A stretch of DNA of 64,000 nt, from assembly GCA_963805625.1 (NCBI GenBank), contig CAWDVE010000017.1:1-64000 (forward strand). Reading direction: 5' to 3'. The notes under the pieces were generated by a model, which saw only the letters and a program-made list of their open reading frames with translations, had not been told where the DNA came from and ran no database searches. This document shows, piece by piece, positions 32,251-42,707 of the stretch (its first letter is position 1; every line of letters starts with the position of its first letter). This stretch comes from an uncultured Candidatus Rokubacteria bacterium. GTDB taxonomy: Bacteria > Methylomirabilota > Methylomirabilia > Rokubacteriales > DASRDR01. The translations under genes and the position numbers were made by a program.

Positions 32251-32487
32251 TTACCTACCGGGTCGGGTGACCTCGAGGAGGGCCTGGTACTCCTCGCCGC
32301 ACTCCATGCACTGGGCGATATGCTGGGCCACCTGCGGGAACGCCGATTGCGCGGCGCCGGGCTCCCCGGAGCTCGCGACCAGATCGACGTATCCCGGGAG
32401 CCGCTCGAAGAACTCCGAGCAGACGATCTCCGTCTCGCGCGTCTCGAAGATCGTGCCGAGGAACCGGATCAGCGCCGCCTGGTCCAC
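32251..32487 (-). CDS. Small zinc-finger anti-sigma-like protein
   Basis: C..FFERLPGYVD...HIAQCMEC (Hx3Cx2C), directly after the sigma gene. Confidence 0.7.
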   Translation of the reverse strand: MDQAALIRFLGTIFETRETEIVCSEFFERLPGYVDLVASSGEPGAAQSAFPQVAQHIAQCMECGEEYQALLEVTRPGR

Positions 32488-32488
32488 G

Positions 32489-33130
32489 CTATGGTGACCC
32501 CCTTTCGAAGGTCTTCAGCGCGTCCCCGATACTGACCCCTCCGGCGAGCAGGGCGCCGCGGAGCTTCCGCCTGGCGTCATGGATCGCCTTGTACACCGCA
32601 TCGCGCGAGATGCCGAGGTCTGCGGCGAGAAGATCCAGTGGCTGCTGGTGAAAGACGTGGGCGAGGAGGATGCGCCGCTGATGCGCGGTCAGCTCCGTCT
32701 CGATGATCTGCTTGATCCTCGCCCACAGCTCTCGCTGAAGGGCGGCGCGGTCGGGGGCCGGGCCCTCGTCGAGCGGCCAGTCCGGAACCGCGCCATCGGG
32801 GGCGTCGAGGGATCGCCGGGTCCAGCGCCGCCGGCGCAGCTGCCCGAGCAGGACGTTGACGGCGATCCGGTGAAGCCAGGTGGTGAAGCGGCTGTCGTGC
32901 CTGAAGGTGTCGAGCTTGGCGCGCACCATGACCAGCGTGTCGTGTACGGCATCCTCGGCGAACGCTTCCACCTCGCTTTGGGCGATGCAGGCGGGCCGAT
33001 TCCGCCGCAGATAGGCGACCAGGCTTCGATGAACCTGTTGCCGGATCGCCGCCCACGCCGCCTCGCTGTCGGCGCGGAGCGACGTCACCCAGTCGAGGTT
33101 GCTTCGTTCCGGTTCGGGCGGCGTCGTCAT
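32489..33130 (-). CDS. ECF RNA polymerase sigma factor
   Basis: AEDAVHDTL, SRFTTWLHRIAVN, region 4 YKAIHDARRKLR. Confidence 0.88.
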   Translation of the reverse strand: MTTPPEPERSNLDWVTSLRADSEAAWAAIRQQVHRSLVAYLRRNRPACIAQSEVEAFAEDAVHDTLVMVRAKLDTFRHDSRFTTWLHRIAVNVLLGQLRRRRWTRRSLDAPDGAVPDWPLDEGPAPDRAALQRELWARIKQIIETELTAHQRRILLAHVFHQQPLDLLAADLGISRDAVYKAIHDARRKLRGALLAGGVSIGDALKTFERGSP

Positions 33131-33254
33131 CGCGTGCCTGCGCGGGCCACCATGCGGGACCTACTGCGCCCGATCGAGGCGCTCGAGCCAGCCCAGGTGG
33201 GGGCGAAGGACGGGCGGGACGGTAGCGGTGTCGTCGGCCCCCTGATAGTTCTCT

Positions 33255-34184
33255 TCACCGGCGCAATTCGTCGAGCCGCGCTTTGGCCAGCGCCGCGAAC
33301 GCGCCCTCGGAGTATTTCTCGAGATAGGCCTCGTACATTGCCGGATTGTCGCTCTCCCGTACAGTGTCCCAGAACGCCAGCTCCACGGCGACAAGCTCGG
33401 TAGGTGATGCTGATGCTTCCGGCTGCGTCGTCCCCTCCAGAAGCGCCTGCCGGCGCGCCTCAGCGAGCTTCGCGAACGGTCCGTCAGCATACTGTTCAAG
33501 ATATGCCTCGAACTCCGCCGGATCCGCACTGTCCTTGATCGCGTCCCAGAACGCCAGCTGGAAGGCCGCGGGATCGCTGACCGATGATTCGGGCCCGACG
33601 GGCGTGGCGGCTGGTCGATCCGGCGCGGCTTCGGTGCGCGGCACGTCCTCGAACCGCACCCGAAAGGCCCGTATGGGCTGGGCGATGTTCTTCACGCTCT
33701 GCTCGCCCAGATCTTCGAATGTCAAGAGACCCTTGTTGCGGAGATGGTCGCGAACGCCGCGCGAGACGCAGATCCCGCCCGGTTCGGCCAGCGCCTCCAA
33801 GCGCGCGGCAATGTTGACGCCATCGCCAAAGATTTCGCCGTCCTTGACCATCACGTCGCCGACGTGAAGTCCGATCCGGAACAGCATGCGGCGCTCGGGC
33901 CGCTCATCGGCCGTCGCCGCCGTGATCGCTCGCTGGATCTGTACCGCGCAGTCGACCGCGTCGACCACGCTGACGAACTCCGCCAGCACGCTATCGCCGG
34001 CGGTCCCGGTAATCCGCCCGGAATGGCGGGCAATCAACTCGTCGACGATCAGGCGGTGGCGGGAGAGCGTGGCCAGGGTGGCCACCTCGTCCTGCTCCAT
34101 GTGCCGGCTGTACCCCTCGACGTCGGCGGCGAGGATGGCGACGAGCTTGCGTTCGAGACGGGGCGCTTCCATCAAGGGCTCCAT
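33255..34184 (-). CDS. Class III adenylate/guanylate cyclase with two C-terminal repeats
   Basis: AILAADVEGYSR, AGDSVLAEF, RIGLHVGDV, GDGVNIAARLE; repeated LAFWD...EAYLE.Y..G.FA.LA. Confidence 0.88.
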   Translation of the reverse strand: MEPLMEAPRLERKLVAILAADVEGYSRHMEQDEVATLATLSRHRLIVDELIARHSGRITGTAGDSVLAEFVSVVDAVDCAVQIQRAITAATADERPERRMLFRIGLHVGDVMVKDGEIFGDGVNIAARLEALAEPGGICVSRGVRDHLRNKGLLTFEDLGEQSVKNIAQPIRAFRVRFEDVPRTEAAPDRPAATPVGPESSVSDPAAFQLAFWDAIKDSADPAEFEAYLEQYADGPFAKLAEARRQALLEGTTQPEASASPTELVAVELAFWDTVRESDNPAMYEAYLEKYSEGAFAALAKARLDELRR

Positions 34185-34469
34185 CGCGCATGATTGGTCA
34201 AGGCGATCAGCCAACGACCAGCACAGAAAAGTCTGAGCGCCGTTTGAAGCGAGATTTCCGATATGGACCCATCCGCCCCGGCATGGCTGCACTCAGCCCG
34301 ATACTCCCGGCGGGCCACGAGCCGCCGCCGGGGGTTTTGTGTCGCTTGCGATTCAGGATGTCGAGGATCGGAATGGGGGTAGAGCGCGACATCAGCGCTT
34401 TTTCTCTTTTCGGTCAATCGCCCCGGTTGCCGCCAAGGCGGCTGCTGGACGCGCTCATACGCCCTCCTG

Positions 34470-35138
34470 TTAGAGCTTTTTCAGCGCGTCGATCCGCTCT
34501 TGCGTGCCCGGATGGGTGGCGAGGAACCCGCCCCCGCTGGCGCCCTCGGTCCGCAGGAGCCAGGTCAGCGTGTTGATCATCAGCTCTTTGGAATACCCGG
34601 CACGGCGGAGGAGATCCACACCGTGGCGGTCCGCTTCGTATTCCTCCTGGCGGCTATAGCCACGGGTAATCAAGGCGCCGGCGACGGGTGTGATCTGGCC
34701 ACTGCCAGGGAATATCTGGTCGAGAATAATCATGCCGATGCCCACTCCGGCGCCGAGCGCTTGCGCCTTGGCGACATGGCCGAGATCGTCGTGGGCGAGC
34801 TCATGGGCCAGCACCCCCCTGAGCTGGTCATCGTTGGCCTTCTGAAGCAGCCCGGTGGTGACATAGAACTCTCCCCCGCCGGCGCTGGCCGCGTTGACGC
34901 GCGGATCGTCCATGATCCCCACCCGGACCTGATTCAAAGGGCGCGAATGATCCATGGCTCCGACGAGCGGGACCATGATGCGCCGAAGGCGCTCGGCCTG
35001 CTGCGCATCGAGCGGACGAGACGCGGGCCGGGTCCCGCCAGTCTGGCTCGGCTCGCCCGACGGCGCGCCCCCGAGCCCGGCGCACCCCCCGGTCACGGCG
35101 AAGAGGAGGAGGGCGGCAATGGGCGGTGTTCGCATCAT
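34470..35138 (-). CDS. M48-family metallopeptidase lipoprotein
   Basis: Lipobox VTGGC, VNAAS, HELAH, EYEADRHG, THPG...RI. Confidence 0.88.
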   Translation of the reverse strand: MMRTPPIAALLLFAVTGGCAGLGGAPSGEPSQTGGTRPASRPLDAQQAERLRRIMVPLVGAMDHSRPLNQVRVGIMDDPRVNAASAGGGEFYVTTGLLQKANDDQLRGVLAHELAHDDLGHVAKAQALGAGVGIGMIILDQIFPGSGQITPVAGALITRGYSRQEEYEADRHGVDLLRRAGYSKELMINTLTWLLRTEGASGGGFLATHPGTQERIDALKKL

Positions 35139-35369
35139 CCTCTTACCCTGGTTGCCCCCAAGGCGGGCCTGCGGGATCCTGCTGCTGGGGCTCCGGCGGC
35201 CGAAGGAGTGGCGCGTCATCCCCACGTCTCAGGCGGGTGACCTTGCGTCAGCCTCGAGCAAGCTGCAATGTCTACCGGCGTACCTCGTCGATGTTTCACA
35301 CCTTGCTGCTGGAGCGCACGAGTCGTGTCTCCGCAGTAGGTTGTCCCCGCGTGGCACGTTGGGGACTAA

Positions 35370-36675
35370 GGACCCGGTGCGAAATAAATGGACCAGATGC
35401 TATCGCTTTGCCGACTGGGTGGGAAGGATCGTGTAGTTCCAGTCCCCGTGAAACGGATCGGGCCGCAGGCGGACGGCCTCCAGGGTGGCGCGACTGACCT
35501 TGAGGCCCGAGGGATACCGGGTCGTGTCCAGCCGCGCCCGCACGCGGAGGCCCGTGGTGGTCGTGGTGGCCGCGATCAGATTCACAATGACCGCGTGACT
35601 GAGCAGGGGCTGGCCGCGCCAGTTCTGAGTGATGAAGGAGAACAGGCGGTGTTCGATCTTGTTCCACTTGCTCGTGCCGGGCGGGAAATGACACACCGTG
35701 ATGGGCAGGTGGAGGCGGTCCGCCAGTTTCTGCAGCTCGACCTTCCACAACCGCCGGCGGGCGCCGTTGCTCCCGCCGGCGTCGGCCGTGATCAGCAGCC
35801 GCCGGGCGTGAGGATAGGCCCGGCGCCCCATGGCCTGCCACCAGTGGCGAATGCTCGCGACGGCAAACGCCGCCGTGTCGTGGTCGATGCCGACACTGAC
35901 CCAGCCGGTGTTGGCGCCCAGATCGTAGACCCCGTAGGGAATGGCGCGCCCCAGCTCCGGCTGCACGAAGTCGTGGACCCGCACCGGCCGAGGCTGCCCG
36001 TGGGCCCGCCATTCGCGACCGGCATTCTTGAACGGCCCCACGAGCTCCTTCTTCTTGGTATCGACAGAGATCGCCGGCTGGCCCTGGCGCAGCGTGGCCT
36101 GGACGCGGGCGGCGATGTGCTCGAACTGGGCATTGCGATCGGGGTGCCGGGTGCCCTCGATCGTCTTCCGATTGGCCTGCAGGCTGTACCCCAACTGCTG
36201 GAGCAACGCGGCGACCATCCGATGGCTCGTGCGATGCCCTTGGCGGGTCAGCTCGGCGGCCAGGCGCCGGACGCTCTTGCAGGTCCACCGCAGCGGGGAC
36301 TGCGGATCCCCGCGCGTCGTGGGTTCGATCAGCGTTTCCAAGTCCGTCACCAACGTCGGATCCTGGTCGACCGTGCGCTTGCGCCCGCCTCCGGGACGCC
36401 GGATCCGCCCCGGGGCCAGGGCCGCTGCGCCACGGGCCTTCAGCTCCGTGACCCCAGCGCGAATGGCGCGCCGGGACACTCCTGTGGCCCGGGCCACCGC
36501 CGACACGCTGTCCGCGGCCGCGACTTCCGCCGCGGCCACCAGCCGGCGCAGCCGCTCGTCCAGGTGCGGCTCGATCAGCCGGAACCGTCGTCGAATGGCC
36601 TGCTCGGCCACCATCCATGGGATACCCTAGCAGCCACGATCCCATTATCTGGTACATTTATTTCGTGACAATCCC
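35370..36675 (-). mobile_element. ISAzo13-family element, intact
   Basis: Imperfect IR containing CGAAATAAATG(G/T)ACCAGAT; TAA duplicated on both sides. Confidence 0.85.
35400..36614 (-). CDS. ISAzo13-family transposase
   Basis: GDPQSPLRWTCKS, ISVDTKKKELVG, ITADAGGSNG, PPGTSKWNKIEHRLF. Confidence 0.92.
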   Translation of the reverse strand: MVAEQAIRRRFRLIEPHLDERLRRLVAAAEVAAADSVSAVARATGVSRRAIRAGVTELKARGAAALAPGRIRRPGGGRKRTVDQDPTLVTDLETLIEPTTRGDPQSPLRWTCKSVRRLAAELTRQGHRTSHRMVAALLQQLGYSLQANRKTIEGTRHPDRNAQFEHIAARVQATLRQGQPAISVDTKKKELVGPFKNAGREWRAHGQPRPVRVHDFVQPELGRAIPYGVYDLGANTGWVSVGIDHDTAAFAVASIRHWWQAMGRRAYPHARRLLITADAGGSNGARRRLWKVELQKLADRLHLPITVCHFPPGTSKWNKIEHRLFSFITQNWRGQPLLSHAVIVNLIAATTTTTGLRVRARLDTTRYPSGLKVSRATLEAVRLRPDPFHGDWNYTILPTQSAKR

Positions 36676-37384
36676 TAACGCTATGGCGCGCCGCTGGGGA
36701 TAGTGCCATAGGCGACGGCGAACGATTGCTACCTGAGAGCGGGATCGGATGTCTCGCCCTCAAAGTCGGCCCGTTAAAGCCAAGATAATGAGGATGAGCA
36801 CGATCAGACCGACGCCACCTCCCATGTACGGGCCGCCGTAACGCCAACCGCCCGGGACACCGACAAGAAGCACCACGATAAGGATGATCAGCAGTAGATT
36901 CATGGCGTGCCCTCCCTCAAGGCGGGTTCACGGACGGGTTACCATCGTGGGGACGGTGCGCTGCTCCCTCTGCGGAGCGCTTCGAGCGCCGCGCCCCGGC
37001 ACCGCGTCGAACGGCGTCGTCTGCCAGGCCGTCCCCACAGAGCCCGTGATCGAGTGGGCGATGCCGACCGGATAGAACGTGGCTCGCCAATCCTCTTCTC
37101 CATGGCGCGCCAACTCGAGATCGTACTGCTACCGGGCCATGCCGGCGGCGATGTGCCGATGACCTCCCACGAGGGGAGCCACTGGCGCAGGGCGTTCAGC
37201 GCGCCTCGTGACTCTGTATCCGGGTCAAGCCGAGCGGCTGCGAGAGTGGCGAACAGAAGGCGCCCTCGCTGTAGGCGAGCGCGTCCCTCAGCATCGGGCG
37301 CCAAGCGGAGGGGGGGTCCAGGCACGCGGCATCCTCCCGCTTCAGGATCGTGCGGATGGTACCCTAGAAGTACCGAATCGTGCC

Positions 37385-37575
37385 ATGCCGCCGCCCGGGC
37401 CCCTGCGAGCAACCTCGCGGTCGGACTGGTCAACGTCCCGATTCGCCTCTACAGGGCCACGCGCACGGAGGGGATTGCCTGCCACCCCCTCCACGATCGT
37501 CGCGGGAGCCGGATCCAAAATCAATCCTACTGTCCCGTCCGCAACCTGATGGTACCCGAGAGAAGCTTGTCCGCG
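37385..37575 (+). pseudogene. N-terminal remnant of NHEJ Ku protein
   Basis: LAVGLVNVPIRLYRAT...LH...GSRIQNQSYCPV. Confidence 0.6.
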
Positions 37576-37579
37576 GTTC

Positions 37580-38029
37580 GCCTGGCTGGACGACGCCATC
37601 AGCCGTCTCGAGGCCGACCTCACGACCCTGATCCGCTCGACTCCGATCAGGCGGGAAGCCGACGAGCTGCTGCGCTCGGTCCCCGGCGTAGGGCGGGTCA
37701 CGTCGTGCGCGCTCATCGCCGATTTGCCGGAGCTCGGCCACCTGGATCGCCGTCGCATTGCCGCCCTCGCGGGACTGGCCCCGGTGGCCCGAGATAGCGG
37801 CGCCTTCCGAGGCCGGCGGATGATTGTCGGTGGTCGGGCGCACGTCCGGCGCATCCTGTACATGGCCACGGTTGCGGCGATCAAGTACAACCCCGTGATC
37901 CGGGCGTTCGTTCACCGCCTCGTGGCCGCGGGCCGTCCTGGAAAAGTCGCGGTCATCGCCGCCATGCGGAAGCTCCTCACGATCCTCAATGCCATGCTCC
38001 GAGACCGCAGGCCGTGGCAAATCGCTTGA
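37580..38029 (+). pseudogene. C-terminal remnant of an IS110-family transposase
   Basis: LPELGHLDRRRIAALAGLAPVARDSG...GGRAHVRRILYMA...AAMRKLLTILNAM. Confidence 0.85.
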
Positions 38030-38559
38030 CTCGAAAGACAGTCGCTCAAGGCTGAAACGCGGGTTGGAATCCCGGGCCTCCCTGATCGCCGTCCGGCACA
38101 CGGGCTTCACCCGTGGGGGCCAGGGCGCCACGTCAACGAGGTCTCGACTTCTGCGTCACTTCTGGAGTCCTGGCCTGCCCCAGGATGTCAGCGCTGAGCG
38201 CAAGGTTGCGCGGTATCGGCTCATGACGGACGTGGCGGTCGAAGCGGAAGGCGACGTCGCGCGCACGACGTGCTTCCGGTTCTTCGCTCGGATGGGCTAC
38301 TGCCTCCGCCCCGAGGAACCGACCGGCGGTCGCGACCAGTACAACAGCGATGCGGATTGCCTGCTCGCGCACCACCCGGACAGACACATCGTCGGCAGTA
38401 CGCGAGTCGTCCCTACGGCCCACCCCAAAACGAGGGGGGAAACGAGGGGGAGGACAGGGTCAAAACGCATCACAAGCCATCCCAACCCATCATAGAAATC
38501 CACGGGAAACCGTAGTGACGGATCGCCGTGCCTGGAGCGGGGATTCTGCGTGTTCTCAG

Positions 38560-39417
38560 GGTTAAGATCTTGTCCACAAACGTCGCCGCCCGCCGGTCCA
38601 TATCGGTAATGCTCGCGCTGTAGCTCATGAGCCCCCCGCCGGCCGCAAATCCTGGGGACGTGGCGAAATACATCACCGGGAGCCGGCTCTTTCCCGCGTG
38701 GTCGACGACCTGTTTCGGGTGCGAGGCGAGAACGGCGCTCGACAGCGTGAGGACGGCATCAGCGCGCCCCGTGCGTGCGGCTCGGAACGCCGTCTCAATA
38801 CCGTTGGGACCGCGTACGTCCAGATACTGAAGTTGCACGCGAAGGGTCCGGGCAGCGCGTTCCGTCTCTTGTAACGCTTGAGCGTGGCCCGGCTCGGTCG
38901 AATCCCCAAGGACCGCCACGCGCGAGAGCTGCGGAACGACCTCCTTGAGAAGCTCGAGTTGCTTTCCGTATATCTCCGGGGACAGCGTTGACAAGCCCGT
39001 AATGTTCCCGCCAGGTCGTGCCAGACTGGCGACGAACCCGTTGGCCACCGGATCGTTGTCATTGGTGATGACAATGGGAATCGTCACGGTGGCGGCCTTG
39101 ACCGGACGGGTGGCTGACGGCCCCGCCGTGACGATGACGTCGACCTTGAGACGGACGAGTTCGGCCGCCAGCGAGGGGAGGCGCTCGAGTTGTCCCTCCG
39201 CAGATCGCCACTCAATGACGATGGTTTTTCCCTCCACGTGCCCCAGTTCGCGCAGGCCCTGCCGGAATGCGTCGGTGCGGGCCGACATCACGGACAAAGG
39301 GACAGCCGTGAGGAACCCGATCCGGGGGATGTTGGATGGCGACTGAGCCTCGGCGGCGAGCGGCGCGGCGAGGACTAGGGCGAGGATGACGAGGGCCGTG
39401 AGCAGAGCGAGCCTCAT
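38560..39417 (-). pseudogene. ABC-type substrate-binding protein (ABC_sub_bind), C-terminally truncated
   Basis: PRIGFL, FRQGLRELG, VASLARPGGNITG, GGLMSY; homology stops at FVDKIL. Confidence 0.8.
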
Positions 39418-39718
39418 GGAGTCCTCCCGTTGTTCCGGAGGCCGGGTCGACACCCAGTCCCGCCGGGACCCGGCTGGGGACTGCCCCGACCCTACCAAGC
39501 CCCCGTTCTGGGCGCCAGCGGCCTCGAAGAACGACGGCGGCGGCGGCTTCGCGCCCATTCCGGCGAGCGTAGCTGGGCGTCCCAGCGGGGCGTCGCGGTC
39601 GCCAACGCGACGATGTGTCGCGCCCGGGGAGCACCCGCTAGTCGGAAACCCCAGCATTTTCGGCCGAACTTGCCATGGCACTCACCGTGCACGCCTGACC
39701 CCATCGGGAGATGTCTTC

Positions 39719-39952
39719 ATGACGCCACGAGTGCCTTCTCCTGGATCCTCGGGCCGCCGCCCGTTCACCATGACCGGCACGATCGCCACCTGGAATGCGG
39801 TCGGACGCTGGCTGGGCATCGGCGCGCGCAACGTCTGGCTGGCACCGGGCGTGACGGTGGCCGGTCTGGTGCCGGGCGCCACGGTCACGGCCAAGGGGTA
39901 CCGGGAAACCGAGTGGGACCGCTGGGTCGTGACACACCTCACGCTCGGGTGA
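39719..39952 (+). CDS. Small OB-fold/DUF5666-like protein
   Basis: Paralog of the 25977 ORF. Confidence 0.55.
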   Translation: MTPRVPSPGSSGRRPFTMTGTIATWNAVGRWLGIGARNVWLAPGVTVAGLVPGATVTAKGYRETEWDRWVVTHLTLG

Positions 39953-40306
39953 TCGAGCTCCGCCCAATCTCTCCGGTGTCAACACCTCCGCCCTCCTCGC
40001 CGCCCGGCCCGGCCCCGCTCCAGTTCGCTATGAGCGACCACATCACCACCGGGATTCGGTCAGTCGTCTACTCACAATCGGCGGGCGCCGTCTGCGGGTG
40101 GCCCCGACCTTGGACAGCCGGCACGCGGCGACACCACGTCGTCATCACGACCGGATGACCGGAAACGGCTTAGGTCGGCACAGGTGAAAGGCGCGCAAAT
40201 CGGCCTTTTGCCCCGGCATCGGCCGTGCATTCTTGGGCGGAACTACGGAGCGCGGACCTCGTAGCCCCTTCGATTGCGGCCGAGCTGCCTGACGGCAGGA
40301 GCGAGT

Positions 40307-40570
40307 ATGACCGACGTACTGACCCAATGCCCACCGCACACGCAGGCGTTCATCATCCACGGCGAGATTCTCGCGTGGGATCCGGACCAGCGAGTGCTGC
40401 AGGTCGGCACGCACCGGGTCTCCGTAGCCCCGAGTGTACCGATCGTGAAGCTGAAATGCGGCGCGACCGTCACGGTCTTCGGGCAAGAGGATCGACTCAG
40501 CGCGCGATGGATCGTGACCGACGTCGCGCTCCGCGGCATCGACACCGGGGGTGCTCCTGCCGCCGCATAG
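40307..40570 (+). CDS. Small OB-fold/DUF5666-like protein
   Basis: GEILAWDP...VAPSV...GATVTVFGQED...RWIVT; AGGAG RBS. Confidence 0.55.
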   Translation: MTDVLTQCPPHTQAFIIHGEILAWDPDQRVLQVGTHRVSVAPSVPIVKLKCGATVTVFGQEDRLSARWIVTDVALRGIDTGGAPAAA

Positions 40571-40725
40571 CCTCCTGCTCCTCATCCGCCGGAAGCTCGA
40601 GAACGGCACGCTCCCACTCAACAGCATTCCTCGTATCTGGGGCGGCCCGGGCAAAGAGAGGAAACCTGCGACGCCTGCGAGAGGATCATCACCAAGGATG
40701 AAATGCTGATCGAAGGCATCAGCCT

Positions 40726-42067
40726 TGTGCCGGTCAAGAACTCCATCTGCTTGTCCTGCCTGAACTTCCCTCATCCCTTCCATCTCCTCCATCGCCGATC
40801 GGGTAGAGTCTCGGTTCAGGCCGTCATGTCTGATGCCGGGGTGCCTCATGCTCTTCGTGCTCGGTCTCTGGACGCTCCTCCGCGCCTTGCGGTTCGGGTC
40901 GGTGGCCATCGCCCTCGAGAATCTCGCCCTGCGCCACCAACTCGAGGTTCTTCGGCGCTCTGTCCCCCGACCCCGGCTCTCCCGTTCGGACCGGATCCTC
41001 TGGGTCTGGCTGTCCCGCTTGTGGACGGGTTGGCGCCACAACCTCCTCATCGTTCAGCCCGCCACCGTCCTCGCCTGGCACCGCCGAGGGTTCCGGCTCT
41101 ACTGGCGGTGGAGGTCCAGGGCCCCCTCAGTGGGCCGCCCGAGGCTCGACCCCGAACTTCGCCATCTCATCCAGCGCATGGCGCGCGAGAATCCCACCTG
41201 GGGCCGCCGCCGCATCCAAGCGGAACTCGCCCTTCTCGGCTACACCGTGGCCGAGCTGACCGTCGCAAAGTACATGCAGCGGACGTCGCCGCGGCCCTCC
41301 CCGACGTGGCGGGCTTTTCTTGCCACGCATGCCCGAGAGATCGTCGCCGTGGACTTCTTCCTCGTGCCGACCCTGACATTTCGCCTCCTGTTCGTCTTCA
41401 TCGGGCTTCGCCACGACCGCCGCGAACTCATCTACGTTAACGTCACGGATCATCCCACGGCCCGCTGGGCCGCGCGCCAACTCATCGAGGCCTTCCCCGA
41501 GGAGACCGCGCCGAAGTACCTTCTCCGAGATCGAGACGCGATCTACGGCGAGGTCTTCACCCGGTGCGTCGACACGATGGGAATCCGGCAGGTGATCACG
41601 GCACCCCGCGCGCCCTGGCAGAACCCCTTCGTGGAGCGGGTGATCGGCTCCATCCGGCGCGAGTGCCTGGATCACGTCCTCATTCTGAGCGAGGCCCACC
41701 TCCGCCGACTCCTGCACGCCTACGCCGCCTACTACAACACCACGCGGCCACACCAATCGCTCGACAACAATAGTCCCCAGCCCCGAGCTATCGAACCTCC
41801 ACCATGCGGCCGGATCATCGCCATGCCTCAGGTCGGCGGACTCCACCACCGATACCAGCGCGCCGCCTGATCACCGCCCACCGCGATTCACCCTTCGCTC
41901 GTTCCTCAGATCCAGCAGGCCGCCGTCAGCACTGTGGCGCTTCACGGGTCGCGTCTGAACCGCCTCCCCTTGCGGCCTTCCCATCTCCGTGGGACATTGC
42001 TCTTCCGGCCCTGGACGGTCAACTCGCCAGCGTGACACTGGCGCCGATGAGGTTTCTAACCAGGACA
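40726..42067 (+). mobile_element. IS481/IS3-like element subgroup B
   Basis: Termini TGTGCCGGTCAAGAA ... TTCTAACCAGGACA; no TSD; both flanks are truncated genes. Confidence 0.85.
40848..41870 (+). CDS. rve-domain DDE transposase
   Basis: Close paralog of 17812..18834. Confidence 0.9.
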   Translation: MLFVLGLWTLLRALRFGSVAIALENLALRHQLEVLRRSVPRPRLSRSDRILWVWLSRLWTGWRHNLLIVQPATVLAWHRRGFRLYWRWRSRAPSVGRPRLDPELRHLIQRMARENPTWGRRRIQAELALLGYTVAELTVAKYMQRTSPRPSPTWRAFLATHAREIVAVDFFLVPTLTFRLLFVFIGLRHDRRELIYVNVTDHPTARWAARQLIEAFPEETAPKYLLRDRDAIYGEVFTRCVDTMGIRQVITAPRAPWQNPFVERVIGSIRRECLDHVLILSEAHLRRLLHAYAAYYNTTRPHQSLDNNSPQPRAIEPPPCGRIIAMPQVGGLHHRYQRAA

Positions 42068-42596
42068 ATAGGCCCGGCGCCCCATGGCCTGCCACCAGTG
42101 GCGAATGCTCGCGACGGCAAACGCCGCCGTGTCGTGGTCGATGCCGACACTGACCCAGCCGGTGTTGGCGCCCAGATCGTAGACCCCGTAGGGAATGGCG
42201 CGCCCCAGCTCCGGCTGCACGAAGTCGTGGACCCGCACCGGCCGAGGCTGCCCGTGGGCCCGCCATTCGCGACCGGCATTCTTGAACGGCCCCACGAGCT
42301 CCTTCTTCTTGGTATCGACAGAGATCGCCGGCTGGCCCTGGCGCAGCGTGGCCTGGACGCGGGCGGCGATGTGCTCGAACTGGGCATTGCGATCGGGGTG
42401 CCGGGTGCCCTCGATCGTCTTCCGATTGGCCTGCAGGCTGTACCCCAACTGCTGGAGCAACGCGGCGACCATCCGATGGCTCGTGCGATGCCCTTGGCGG
42501 GTCAGCTCGGCGGCCAGGCGCCGGACGCTCTTGCAGGTCCACCGCAGCGGGGACTGCGGATCCCCGCGCGTCGTGGGTTCGATCAGCGTTTCCAAG
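42068..42596 (-). pseudogene. Internal fragment of the ISAzo13 transposase
   Basis: Appears identical to about 35814-36342. Confidence 0.88.
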
Positions 42597-42666
42597 TGCG
42601 CACTGGCGAGGCGCCGACGCCCTGTTTGCCTTCATCGAGCACGGGCTTGACTCGCGGCGTTCCTCC

Positions 42667-42707
42667 TTGACAGTACAGTACTACTGTACTATTGTACTGA
42701 TACAGTA
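42667..42707 (+). promoter_or_regulatory. sigma70-type promoter with GntR operator box 1
   Basis: TTGACA(42667)-N17-TATTGT; box TGTACTATTGTACTGATACA at 42685-42704; extra palindrome AGTACAGTA-C-TACTGTACT at 42672-42690. Confidence 0.8.

Noticed and set aside
37580-38130. Functional IS110 bridge-RNA recombinase system
   Set aside because: Only the C-terminal third of the transposase remains; the RuvC-like N-terminus and left end are missing, and no ncRNA could be supported by eye
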